Shown: positions 1 to 8,594, counted from the stretch's first letter. The stretch: DNA of 64,000 bases from Methanobacteriota archaeon (GCA_019347805.1 JAHWKR010000010.1:3364-67363); one strand, 5' to 3'. Notes: a model not told the origin generated them from the letters alone. Program-made: numbers and translations.

Positions 1-269
1 AGGCCCATCCAGACGAGGAGCGGGGTACGGTAGGGGGTCAACACCAACGGCAATCCCAACAGCAACGGCAGCCAGAGCGGGACGGCGATGGAAAGGGGAT
101 GCGGGAACGGGATGAGCACCGTCGCGTCGGGCAGGACGGAGAAGACGAGATCGTAGAGGGCGCCGGTCTGGAGCGCGATCGTCAAAAGCACGCCGACGAG
201 AAAAAGGGAGACGAGTTGGGTGCCCCAATAGGTGAAGTGCCAGGCGACGGGCATGCGGGTGTCGGTCAT
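1..269 (-). CDS. membrane protein, 5' part only; the gene runs off the window start
   Basis: ATG at 269..267 (minus strand) overlaps the TGA of the DUF58 gene (ATGA). Translation MTDTRMPVAWHFTYWGTQLVSLFLVGVLLTIALQTGALYDL... is hydrophobic and TM-like. It is absent from the ORF track because no stop codon falls in the window. Confidence 0.4.
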   Translation of the reverse strand, partial: MTDTRMPVAWHFTYWGTQLVSLFLVGVLLTIALQTGALYDLVFSVLPDATVLIPFPHPLSIAVPLWLPLLLGLPLVLTPYRTPLLVWMG

Positions 270-1570
270 CGCGGCACCACCCCTTTGACGAGGAGGCCTT
301 CGAGCGGTGTGCGGGCGGGGTCCCAGTCGAGGACGTGCACGCCTTGGCTGCGCAATTGGAGATAGGTGCCGCGGGCGGCAAGACGCAATGCCTGGACAGA
401 CAGGGAATGGTGGCCGCCTTCGATGCCGTGGACGAGCGGTGTCGGCGCAAGCAGCAGCATGGGCGTGGCGCGTCGGCCATGACCGGTGAGCGCGCGGATC
501 TGGGCGATGCCTTCCTTGGTGGCGGCCGGGTCCGCCTCGGGGCGGGTCACAAGCAGGACCAAAGGTCGTTCGCGCATGAGGAAACCGCGGCTGCGCACAA
601 CAGCAGCACCGAGCCGGTCGCCACCGGAGTGCGCGACGAGTGTCGTCAGGGTGTGGTTGAGGCGGTGCATCTGCCGTGTCCCCGAGTCGGGGTAGAGGAT
701 GCGGGTCTCGGGTTGGTGGTAGATGGTCGCGCCGACGCGGTAGCCGCGCGAGACGAAGTGGTCGAGGATGCCGAGCGTCCCCTCAAGAGCGCGGTCGAGC
801 GAGTTCTCGCGGGTCGAGCCGACCTCCATGTGGGCGCCAGCGTCCAAGAACAGCCAGACCGCTTTCTTGCCTTCGGGTTCGTGTTCGTTGACCATGAGGC
901 GCAGGTCGTCGCCGCTCGAGCGGCGGGCGGTAGCGCGCCAGTTGACGCTGCGCATGGGATCGCCGGCCGCATAGTCGCGCACCTCCATGAAGTCGGTGGA
1001 GCGTTCTCCCGAGCGGGCGGTGTCTCCCGCAGGCAATGGCGTGCGTGCCTTGCCGCGCAGGTGGCGGACCCGTGTGACGCGACGCACGCGTGGTGCGACG
1101 ACCAGTTCCAAGGGCGGGGTCACGGCTTCGGCGACGGCGCCCCGCATGCGGAAAGGTGAGGACGGCGACACTTCGACAGAGGGAAGGATGACCGCTCCAC
1201 GCTTGGCGCAGCGCACCTGGAACTTGTGGTGGCGTCGCGCCCGGCCGGGTCCTTTCCAGGCCACGAAGACGTTGGTGCCGCCGGCGAGCTGGAACGTGTC
1301 GGGAAGCGGGCAGTGGACGAGGACCGGGCCGAGGCCGTTCTTGATGTCCACTTGGACCTGGACGGTGACGGTGTCGCCGACCTGCGGGTGGCGCCGGTCG
1401 ATGCGGCGTGCGGCGCGGAAACCGCTCGGTCCTTCCATGCTGCTCATGCCCGCGACGAGTCCCCCCGAGAGCAGACCCACGACGAGCAAGGGGCCGTTGC
1501 CCAACACCAAGCCGAGTCCGAGAAGGATGCCGGTGAGGACACCGAGGTGCGAGGCGCGACGGGAGATCAT
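266..1570 (-). CDS. DUF58-domain protein (vWA-like, MoxR-associated family)
   Basis: 434 aa. Contains the DUF58 signature region FMEVRDYAAGDPMRSVNWRATAR and an N-terminal TM segment. Its ATG overlaps the stop of the upstream membrane-protein gene (ATGA). Confidence 0.7.
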   Translation of the reverse strand: MISRRASHLGVLTGILLGLGLVLGNGPLLVVGLLSGGLVAGMSSMEGPSGFRAARRIDRRHPQVGDTVTVQVQVDIKNGLGPVLVHCPLPDTFQLAGGTNVFVAWKGPGRARRHHKFQVRCAKRGAVILPSVEVSPSSPFRMRGAVAEAVTPPLELVVAPRVRRVTRVRHLRGKARTPLPAGDTARSGERSTDFMEVRDYAAGDPMRSVNWRATARRSSGDDLRLMVNEHEPEGKKAVWLFLDAGAHMEVGSTRENSLDRALEGTLGILDHFVSRGYRVGATIYHQPETRILYPDSGTRQMHRLNHTLTTLVAHSGGDRLGAAVVRSRGFLMRERPLVLLVTRPEADPAATKEGIAQIRALTGHGRRATPMLLLAPTPLVHGIEGGHHSLSVQALRLAARGTYLQLRSQGVHVLDWDPARTPLEGLLVKGVVPR

Positions 1571-2727
1571 GGTCGACCACCGCCGTTCGTCTGCACCATG
1601 GGGGCCGCCTCATCGAGAAGGCCGCCGCCCAACAAGCGGTGCAAAGCGCGTGTGCGTTCCTTGCGGTTGCGGCGGCCGCGCGGCAGTTCCCCGAGCCGAT
1701 GATAGAGCGCGTCCTCATCGATCGCCGGCACACTGGCTGAGAGGAGGTCGGTGAGCGCTTGTGCCGTTGCGCGTCGGCCGCGTCCGGTGCGCGCGAACCG
1801 TCCCAATGTGGCGTCCAGTCGTTCCAGGGTCTCGTCGGGAAGATGGTGGACGCGTTCGTCGTGTCGGCGTGCCTCGATAGGACCGGCGAGCGCCTTGGAA
1901 TGGGCGACCCCGCCGAGACGCAGGACACCGCGGACGAGGAACGGGACGGCCAGGGCGAAGGGTGCCCACAGCACAAGCGTGGGGACGGGGACACCAGGGG
2001 CGACGAATAGCGCGGTGCCGAGGACAAGGAGGATGGTGGTGGCGATGCCCCAGATACCCCCGGGGGGGACGAGCGTGCCGAGCGGCAGATCCAACACGGC
2101 AGCGAGTTCCGGCCGCTGGCGTCGGGCGGCCCGAAGACCAATCGGTGCACCGAGCACGTACGCGAGGAGCGGGAGGGAGGTGAGCGTGGCCCAGAGCCAG
2201 AACGTGTCGACCAGGATGAGCAAGAAAAAGATGAGGACGGCACCCGCTGCGGTGACGAAGACGCCGGCCCAGGCACGTCTGCCCGCGCGCTGTCGAAGCG
2301 TGAGGCCGAAGGCGGTGACGACAGGCCCGGCGAGCACCGGGACCGAGAGGACGGTCGCCATGTCGGGTGCCTCCAAGACGGTGCCGACGAGCCACCACAA
2401 CAGGACGACGGAGGCGAGGCGACGCATGCTGCGCGAAAGCAGTTCGGATTCCCAGGTGCGCGGCCACACCGCCTTGGCGAGTGCGGCCGGGAGCGCGAAC
2501 AGGAGGAAGAACGGCAGCATACCGCTCGCGCGCGCGTGGCCGAAGTGGTCCTGCCAGAACGTCGTCCCTTCCCAATAGGGCGCAAGGAGCCAGACGGCGG
2601 CGACACCGAGCGTCACCGTGCCGGCGGAGAAGAGGGCGTCGGCGCGTGCTTCACGCTCTTCGGCCTCCCGCGCCGTCGGCGGGCCGCTCTTCCGCCCGGC
2701 GAGCCGGGCCCTCCTGTGGTCGGTCAT
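1567..2727 (-). CDS. polytopic membrane protein, unknown function
   Basis: Internal start MTDHRRA at 2727 overlaps the stop of the upstream secreted-protein gene (ATGA). Multiple hydrophobic helices (LLFALPAAL, VLIFFLLILVDTFWLWATL, etc.) with a C-terminal soluble tail. The ORF-track N-terminal extension up to 2904 was not used. Confidence 0.55.
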   Translation of the reverse strand: MTDHRRARLAGRKSGPPTAREAEEREARADALFSAGTVTLGVAAVWLLAPYWEGTTFWQDHFGHARASGMLPFFLLFALPAALAKAVWPRTWESELLSRSMRRLASVVLLWWLVGTVLEAPDMATVLSVPVLAGPVVTAFGLTLRQRAGRRAWAGVFVTAAGAVLIFFLLILVDTFWLWATLTSLPLLAYVLGAPIGLRAARRQRPELAAVLDLPLGTLVPPGGIWGIATTILLVLGTALFVAPGVPVPTLVLWAPFALAVPFLVRGVLRLGGVAHSKALAGPIEARRHDERVHHLPDETLERLDATLGRFARTGRGRRATAQALTDLLSASVPAIDEDALYHRLGELPRGRRNRKERTRALHRLLGGGLLDEAAPMVQTNGGGRP

Positions 2728-3749
2728 TGCACGGGCGTCCCGCGGACGACGATACGGATCGAGTCGGGTTGGCCGCTCGCCACGGTCGGTTCGGTGTAGT
2801 CGATGCGCAGGCGGTAGGCGCCGGTGGGAAACGGCGCGTCGTCGGGGTCGGTGCGGTAGGTGTAGGTGCCGCTTCCGAACGGCCCCTGACCCTGGATGCT
2901 GCACCGCTTGTTGCCGCCACTGTCGGGGACAAGGCAGATGGTGGTGTCATCGGAGACCCGTTCGAGCGATATGGTGTACCCGGGACTCGGCTGTCCCCGC
3001 ACGTCGAGCTCGAGGCGCAGCTCCTGGTAGCCGACCTTGAGTCGGAACGAGGGGGCAGATTGTCCTTCGTCGCTCACAAGGCGCGAAAGGAGCTCATGCT
3101 CGGCAAGCGGCACGCAGTCGGAGCCGTCGTCGGCTTCGACATGACCTTCGGGGCAGCGGGGCGGCGGGGGCGGGGGTGCCGGGCAATACGAGGGTCGGTC
3201 CTCGACCGGTTCGGCCTCGCATGCCGGGTCGAGGCGACAGACATAGTCGCCGAGCTCGGGGTCCCATTCGACCTCGTAGCCGGAAGCGCACCGGAGGTCC
3301 GGTTCGGGGCACTGCGACGGCACGGTGGTCGTGTTGTTGTTCCACTCCGGATCACCGGGACAGGTGACCGGTTCAGGGGGTGGCGGGTCGCCGGGGTCGG
3401 GGCAATCCTCTCGTTGCGGGTCGTCCGGGTCGGTCACCTCTTCACTGCAGCCTTCGGGCCAGACGATGATGAGCCGGCCTTGGTCGTCGATGAGGACCTT
3501 CGCGCCGTCGGGGACCTTGACGTCTTTCGAGGGGTCGATGACGATCCAGTCGACCACGACGGGCGGGAGGTGGTCCTTGAAGCTCTCGATGAACGGGAAA
3601 TGGTCGAGCGGTCGGGGTCGCTTGAGCTCGGCGAGGTCGTCCAGCGTGGCGTCCCGGAGCGCCTGCACGGCGGGACCGGAGCCGGCGGCGAGGACCAATG
3701 CGGCGACCGCATAGACGGCGAAGGCGCCCCGCATCGTGCGATACCCCAC
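2724..3749 (-). CDS. secreted Cys-rich, Pro-rich protein of unknown function
   Basis: 341 aa. N-terminal signal peptide MRGAFAVYAVAALVLAAGSG. Proline-rich linker (PPPPPP) and several Cys pairs. First gene of a four-gene minus-strand operon joined by ATGA overlaps. Confidence 0.55.
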   Translation of the reverse strand: MGYRTMRGAFAVYAVAALVLAAGSGPAVQALRDATLDDLAELKRPRPLDHFPFIESFKDHLPPVVVDWIVIDPSKDVKVPDGAKVLIDDQGRLIIVWPEGCSEEVTDPDDPQREDCPDPGDPPPPEPVTCPGDPEWNNNTTTVPSQCPEPDLRCASGYEVEWDPELGDYVCRLDPACEAEPVEDRPSYCPAPPPPPPRCPEGHVEADDGSDCVPLAEHELLSRLVSDEGQSAPSFRLKVGYQELRLELDVRGQPSPGYTISLERVSDDTTICLVPDSGGNKRCSIQGQGPFGSGTYTYRTDPDDAPFPTGAYRLRIDYTEPTVASGQPDSIRIVVRGTPVQ

Positions 3750-3869
3750 CTCGGGGGTCCATATAGTTGTTGGCGGGGATGTCGAAACCGCTATGTCCTC
3801 CTCCCGGGGGGTATCCGTCGCGTCTCCGAAGGCCTTTTAGCGGCCCCGGCTTGCCGCGCCTTGGAATCC

Positions 3870-5177
3870 ATGACGGTCGATCTTGTCGTCGGAGCGCAGT
3901 GGGGCGACGAAGGGAAGGGCAAGATCACGGACGTGCTCTCGGAGCGCGCCGACTACATCGTGCGCTTCCAGGGCGGCAACAACGCCGGCCATACCATCAT
4001 CGTCGGCGACGAGGTGTTCAAGCTGCATCATCTGCCGAGCGGGGTCGTCCGTGGCAAGGTGGCGGTCATCGGCAACGGTTGTGTCGTCGACCCCGAGGTG
4101 CTCCTGAACGAGTTGCATCTCATCATCGAGCGTGGCCGGACGCCTAACCTGATCGTCTCGGACCATGCCCATGTCATCACGCCGGTGCACCGCGCCCTCG
4201 ACGGGGCGCACGAGGCGGCCCGGTCAGACCAGGTGGGGACGACCAAGCGCGGCATCGGCCCGACCTATGCCGACAAGATGACGCGCATCGGGCTGCGTGT
4301 CGGCGACCTGGTGCGCCCGGAGCGGTTGCGCCAGAAAGTCGACAAGCTGGTCGCCCACCACACGAAGACCCTCGAGGTGCTCGGCAGCGACGAGCGCTTC
4401 GACGCCGACACGGTCTACACCGCCTTGAAGACCCAGGGCGAGCGTCTCGAACCCTACATCGCCGATTCCGTGGCGTCCGTCCAGGACGCCTACGAGCAGG
4501 GCCGCCCCATCCTCCTGGAGGGCGCCCAGGGCTGCATGCTCGACATCGATTTCGGCACGTGGCCCTATGTCACCTCGTCGAACACCACAGCAGGTGCGGC
4601 GGCGACCGGCACCGGTCTTCCACCGACCGCGATCGACCGTGTCTTCGGTGTGGTGAAGGCCTACACGACGCGCGTCGGGGCGGGGCCGTTCCCCACTGAA
4701 CTTCCGACCGACTCGGGTCCGGGCAAGCACATGGCGGATGTCGGCCACGAGTTCGGCACGACGACCGGTCGCCCGCGTCGTTGCGGCTGGCTCGACCTTG
4801 TCGTGGTGCGTCACGCGGTCAAGCTCTCGGGCATCACGCATCTGGCGCTCACGAAGCTCGACGTCCTCACCGGCCTGGAGGAGCTGAAGGTCGCGGTCGC
4901 CTATTCGGTCGACGGCACCGAGACGCAGCGCATGCCGAGCGACCCGGATGATTTCGCGCTCGCGGAGCCGGTCTACGAGACGCTCTCGGGGTGGCATAAG
5001 CTGCCACCAGGGGAGCGCCTGCGGACGCGCATGGACCTGCCGCCGGCGGCGCGCGAATACCTCGATTTCGTCGAGGAACAGCTCGGTGTCGGATATGCGG
5101 TCATCGGTGTCGGGCCGAAACGCGCGGAAAGCATCCTTCTCATCGAGGAGCGCACCGCGAAGGCGGTCCAGGGCTGA
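3870..5177 (+). CDS. purA: adenylosuccinate synthetase
   Basis: The C-terminal 435 aa of the 936-aa ORF begin MTVDLVVGAQWGDEGKGKITD (PurA P-loop QWGDEGKGK). Also carries GHTI, TTKRGIGP and TTGRPRRCGWLD motifs. ATG at 3870 is in frame. Confidence 0.93.
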   Translation: MTVDLVVGAQWGDEGKGKITDVLSERADYIVRFQGGNNAGHTIIVGDEVFKLHHLPSGVVRGKVAVIGNGCVVDPEVLLNELHLIIERGRTPNLIVSDHAHVITPVHRALDGAHEAARSDQVGTTKRGIGPTYADKMTRIGLRVGDLVRPERLRQKVDKLVAHHTKTLEVLGSDERFDADTVYTALKTQGERLEPYIADSVASVQDAYEQGRPILLEGAQGCMLDIDFGTWPYVTSSNTTAGAAATGTGLPPTAIDRVFGVVKAYTTRVGAGPFPTELPTDSGPGKHMADVGHEFGTTTGRPRRCGWLDLVVVRHAVKLSGITHLALTKLDVLTGLEELKVAVAYSVDGTETQRMPSDPDDFALAEPVYETLSGWHKLPPGERLRTRMDLPPAAREYLDFVEEQLGVGYAVIGVGPKRAESILLIEERTAKAVQG

Positions 5178-5225
5178 AGCTCGGCCCTTTTCACCACTTT
5201 TTAGCGTCTGCCATTCCGCGTGGGA

Positions 5226-5260
5226 CAAGCGTTTATATGAGACCCACGTGAGGAAGCTCT
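5226..5260 (+). promoter_or_regulatory. TATA-like box (TTTATAT at 5232-5238) about 22 nt upstream of the FKBP ATG
   Basis: Motif cgTTTATATgag lies immediately upstream of the ATG at 5261 and fits an archaeal BRE/TATA promoter with a short leader. Confidence 0.4.
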
Positions 5261-5689
5261 ATGCCCGAAGAAGCCAAGGACGGGGACACGATCGCCGTCA
5301 AATACACGGGAAAACTCCCGGACGGCACCGTCTTCGATTCCAACGAGGGCGCCGACCCCCTCAAGTTCACGGTTGGACAAGGTGAGGTCATCAAGGGTTT
5401 CGACGAGGCCGTGAAGGGCCTCGAGCCCGGCACCAAGACCACGGTCGAGGTGACCCCGGACGAAGCCTACGGTGCGCGCGACGAGGAGCTCGTCATCCCG
5501 GTGAAGACCGAGATCTTCGGCGAGACCGAACCGCAGCCCGGTATGGAGGTCGCGTTGCGCGGACGCGACGGTATGGTGTTCAACGGCCGTGTCACCGAGT
5601 TGAACGGCGACACCGTCAAGGTCGACCTCAACCACCCGCTCGCGGGTCAGACGCTTGTATTCGACATTGAAGTCGTCGGCATCGAGTAG
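5261..5689 (+). CDS. FKBP-type peptidyl-prolyl cis-trans isomerase (SlyD/FkpA-like)
   Basis: 142 aa with an FKBP domain pattern (DGTVFDSNEG...PLKFTVGQGEVIKGFDEAVKGLEPG) followed by an IF/flap-like insert. Confidence 0.85.
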   Translation: MPEEAKDGDTIAVKYTGKLPDGTVFDSNEGADPLKFTVGQGEVIKGFDEAVKGLEPGTKTTVEVTPDEAYGARDEELVIPVKTEIFGETEPQPGMEVALRGRDGMVFNGRVTELNGDTVKVDLNHPLAGQTLVFDIEVVGIE

Positions 5690-5729
5690 GCCTCTTACCC
5701 GCTCTTCTTCTTCCCCTGACTCTTCCTTT

Positions 5730-6158
5730 CTATTTGTTCTGCGGCCGGACCTCTGTCTCGGTCTCTTGTGTCTCCGGCGGCACCGCTCGTGCACGTTTCA
5801 CGACGACCGAGAAGACCGCGACGAGGAAACCGAACACCAGGACCGCCACCAGGCCGGTGAGGAGCGTGCGTTCGACGGAGACGACGTCGAAGCGGTGAAC
5901 GAGGTCGGGGTTGTGCGTCTGGTAGGTGCTGAACATCAGCGCCTCGAGAAGTGGTGACCAGATGCGGAACAGGATGCCGGCACGGAGACCCGCGGAGAAT
6001 GCGCGTGGCCCGCCGCGCCAGACGACCAGTATGGTGACGACGATGAGGCCGGCGAACGTGGCGAGCCATTCGTAGTGGAAGCCCCAGACGCCATAGACGC
6101 CACCGAGGGCGAAGAGGATCCCCAAAAGGATCGTGGCGATGCGCAGGATGCGGTCCAT
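5730..6158 (-). CDS. small membrane protein (4 predicted TM helices), unknown function
   Basis: 142 aa, strongly hydrophobic segments. It lies immediately downstream of alaX with adjacent stop and start codons. Confidence 0.5.
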   Translation of the reverse strand: MDRILRIATILLGILFALGGVYGVWGFHYEWLATFAGLIVVTILVVWRGGPRAFSAGLRAGILFRIWSPLLEALMFSTYQTHNPDLVHRFDVVSVERTLLTGLVAVLVFGFLVAVFSVVVKRARAVPPETQETETEVRPQNK

Positions 6159-6893
6159 CTAGGCCTCGGGCTCGAGTCCTTCCAGGGTGAACTCGAAGCG
6201 GGTCTTGTCCTTGCCTTTCGATCTCGTGCCGAGGACCTGCAAGCGGCCGATCTCGTCGGTGTTGCGGACATGGGTTCCAGCGCAGGGGCAGATGTCGAAG
6301 TCCTTGATCTCGATGACGCGCAGGTCCTCGATATGAGCGGGGATGAGGTCGAGGTTGGAGCGTTCCGGTTTGACGCGCTCCATGAGGCGTGTCCGGGCTT
6401 CGGTGTAGCAGTCGATAGAACGCTTGGAGGCGATGACCTGGTTGGCGTCCTCCTCGATCTGTACGAGGTCCGTCGCGGAGAGGGCGTCGAGGGAAAAATC
6501 GATGCGGGAGCGTGAGCGATGGATCTGGTTGCCGACGGTCCTTGCACCGCCGAATAGATCGTAGACGAGGGCCGAGACGAGATGCTGGGCGGTGTGCATG
6601 CGCATGTGGGCGTAGCGGCGCTCCCAGTCGACGAGCCCGGTCACCTTGGTGACCTCGTCGGGGACGTCCCCTTCGATGTAGTGCCGCACCTCGCCCTTCT
6701 TCTTGACGTCGCGTACCCGGACCGCCCCGTCGTCGTGGTGCAGTTCTCCGACATCGTGCTCCTGGCCGCCCCCCGTCGGATAGAATGCGGTGCGGTCGAG
6801 GACGAGATAGTCGTCGCCGCGCTTGACGACCTTCGCAGTGAAGTCCTTGAGGTAGTTGGCGTCGATGTCCGGCATGTGGAGCTGGAGGGTCAT
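6159..6893 (-). CDS. alaX: AlaX-type tRNA editing protein (alanyl-tRNA synthetase editing-domain homolog)
   Basis: Carries the zinc-binding motifs HTAQHLVSAL (HxxxH) and CPCAGTHV (CxxxH). Start chosen at MTLQLHMPD (6893). The ORF track extends to 7079 through a poly-C tract, and an alternative start is MEGAQQ at 6959. Confidence 0.75.
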   Translation of the reverse strand: MTLQLHMPDIDANYLKDFTAKVVKRGDDYLVLDRTAFYPTGGGQEHDVGELHHDDGAVRVRDVKKKGEVRHYIEGDVPDEVTKVTGLVDWERRYAHMRMHTAQHLVSALVYDLFGGARTVGNQIHRSRSRIDFSLDALSATDLVQIEEDANQVIASKRSIDCYTEARTRLMERVKPERSNLDLIPAHIEDLRVIEIKDFDICPCAGTHVRNTDEIGRLQVLGTRSKGKDKTRFEFTLEGLEPEA

Positions 6894-7080
6894 GCTGGCG
6901 ATGGCGGCTATCCCCCGGCGACCGGAAAAGGTTCTCGCCTCCTGTTGCGCTCCTTCCATGACGGAACCATCACGCTTATATGGGTAGCAGGTTTCGAAGG
7001 AAATCCCCCCACTTGGGCCCGCCGCTCCCCCCCCCCCCCTCGCGGCGGGCCCATTCCCCTTCACCTCCTTTCTTGACACC

Positions 7081-7153
7081 GGGCTCGTGGTCTAGCGGTC
7101 ATGACGGCGCCCTTACAAGGCGCAGGTCACCGGTTCAAATCCGGTCGAGCCCA
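7081..7153 (+). tRNA. tRNA-Val (anticodon TAC)
   Basis: Cloverleaf can be drawn by hand: acceptor GGGCTCG/CGAGCCC, anticodon stem GCGCC/GGCGC with loop CTTACAA, T-arm ACCGG-TTCAAAT-CCGGT, discriminator A. No encoded CCA. Confidence 0.85.
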
Positions 7154-7410
7154 TTCTACACGCTGCGCCTAACGGCGCAGATGCGTGGTATCTGGTCCCG
7201 ACCGGTGTCGCTCGCTGTCGCTCGCGATCCGGTCGAGCCCATTCTACATGCTGCGCCTAACGGCGCATCTGCGTGGTATCTGGTCCCGACCCGTGTCGCT
7301 CGCTGTCGCTCGCGATCCGGTCGAGCCCATCATACACGCTGCGCCTACTCTCGCGGGTGTCGTGGTCAGCCGGTCCCGACCGGTATCGCTCGCACGAGAG
7401 GATCGGTGAC
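7141..7410 (+). repeat. three tandem ~88-bp units, each beginning with the 3' end of tRNA-Val (atccggtcgagccca)
   Basis: Units at 7141-7228, 7229-7316 and 7317 to about 7400 (the third diverged). Each contains the hairpin ctgcgcctaacggcgcag. The repeated peptides seen in ORFs 7185..7409 and 7273..7491 are translations of this repeat. Confidence 0.8.
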
Positions 7411-7537
7411 GTAGCACAGATCCGGCCGGCCTTTTCTTCTCGTTCCCTCTCCTTGGCGCGGCGTCAGGCTCTTAAAGGGGACCCTTATTGAGCGGCATCG
7501 TCCCAGGAGGCGACCACCCTCCTTGGTGTCTTCTCGC

Positions 7538-7610
7538 AGCCCCGTAGTGTAGTGGTCAATCATGGTGGACTCTGGATCCGCCGACAGCGGTTCGAATCCG
7601 CTCGGGGCTA
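7538..7610 (+). tRNA. tRNA-Gln (anticodon CTG)
   Basis: Acceptor AGCCCCG/CGGGGCT, anticodon stem GTGGA/TCCGC with loop CTCTGGA, T-arm AGCGG-TTCGAAT-CCGCT, discriminator A. No encoded CCA. Confidence 0.8.
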
Positions 7611-7750
7611 TGAATCGCCGCCGGAGGCGGCTCTATACCCCCGGCGGCTGTTTCATTCCGGCTCGGGGCTATGGTTCGCGCGAGGGCGCGCTCCATATCC
7701 CCGGCGGCTGCTTCGCTCCGGCTCGGCCCGATTCCTCATGATACCGCACT
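7597..7750 (+). repeat. tandem ~60-bp units repeating the 3' end of tRNA-Gln (tccg(g)ctcggggctatg)
   Basis: Two additional copies of the tRNA 3'-terminal 14-16 nt plus about 45 nt of flank follow the tRNA (a unit starts near 7657 and another near 7717, the latter partial). They appear as the repeated peptide ARG..PYPRRL..SGS in ORF 7552..8148. Confidence 0.7.
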
Positions 7751-7833
7751 TCCAAAACCGCCCGTTCGGGATGGACCGCCGAACCTCCCCTCCCCCCTTC
7801 CTTTATGCCCTTCCGTCGCCCCTGCGCTCTTCG

Positions 7834-8350
7834 ATGCGCCCCCTCCTTGCCGTCCTCGTCGCCGTCGCGGTCGCTGTCGCCGGTTGTGCGACGGAAGAGA
7901 AGGACGACCAGGACCCGACCGGTTCCTCCGGTGACCCGGCTGTGAACAACACCACCTCGGCTCCTGTGGTCTTCAAGGGCGAAGGTCAGGTGACGGCGGG
8001 GGCGGTCGGGGCTTCGCTCGGTTCGGGCGGTGTGGAGTTCACCGTCGAAAGCGGTGCGACCTTGTTGTTCGCGGAGCTGGCGTGGGACGACGAGGTGCAG
8101 GACCTGGACCTTTCACTCTCTTCGCCGTCGGCAGTCCGCGGCCGGTGAAACGAGTTACGACCACAGCGCGGATGGCGGTAGACCGGGCGCGCCGGACAAC
8201 CCTCATTCGCTCACTATCAAGACGCCCGAAGCGGGCGATTGGCTCGGTGGGGCGTCACCCAACGGCGCCACAGGGACGGTTCCCTATCGCATCGCGGTGA
8301 CGGTCTTCTACGAGGAGACGGCCGTCCCTGAGGGCTACTCGGCGCTCTGA
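7834..8350 (+). pseudogene. secreted lipoprotein with a pre-peptidase C-terminal (PPC)-like domain, interrupted by a +1 frameshift near 8140
   Basis: Signal peptide and lipobox MRPLLAVLVAVAVAVAGC. Frame A ends ...DLDLSLSSPSAVRGR* at 8148. Frame B continues ...ETSYDHSADGGRPGAPDNPHSLTIKTPEAGDWLGG...VPYRIAVTVFY to 8350. Together they resemble one PPC domain (DLDL.L..P.G...a..G.y.i.V.gy). Confidence 0.5.
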
Positions 8351-8387
8351 AAAAAGGAAAGGGAGGAGAAGACGGTCGGATCCTTGC

Positions 8388-8594
8388 TCACCGCTGCACG
8401 GTGAGGTTCTCGAGTTCGCGTTCGATCTCGTTCTGGCTTTTCCCGGTCTTCTCCTTGATGATGCCGACGAGTTTCTCGGCGTTGCCTTCGGCTTGTTTCA
8501 GTTCGCTGTCGGTGACCTGGCCCCAACGTGCCTTGATCGCGCCCGTGAACTGGTCCCAGTTGCCTTCGATCTGTTTCTTGGTGCCTTCCTTCAT
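8388..8594 (-). CDS. CsbD-family general stress protein
   Basis: 68 aa, MKEGTKKQIEGNWDQFTGAIKARWGQVTDSELKQAEGNAEKLVGIIKEKTGKS, a typical CsbD repeat. The longer 132-aa ORF extension was rejected. A T-rich tract follows the stop. Confidence 0.8.
   Translation of the reverse strand: MKEGTKKQIEGNWDQFTGAIKARWGQVTDSELKQAEGNAEKLVGIIKEKTGKSQNEIERELENLTVQR

Noticed and set aside
783-2606. 607-aa ORF on the minus strand (Ser/Pro/Arg-rich) and many similar long ORFs such as 335..1159+, 987..1754+, 1751..2578+
   Set aside because: Low-complexity Arg/Pro/Ser/Ala-rich translations, typical of out-of-frame or antisense reading of GC-rich coding DNA. They overlap the better-supported DUF58 and membrane-protein genes.
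2367-3869. N-terminal 500 aa of the 936-aa ORF that ends as purA
   Set aside because: Only the C-terminal 435 aa (from MTVDLVVGAQWGDEGKGK) match adenylosuccinate synthetase. The upstream part is antisense to the secreted-protein gene 2724-3749 and is Arg/Gly-rich junk.
7141-7750. CRISPR array
   Set aside because: The repeat units are directly contiguous with no unique spacers between them. The units are 60-88 bp and begin with tRNA 3' ends. This is tandem repetition, not a repeat-spacer architecture, and no cas genes are nearby.
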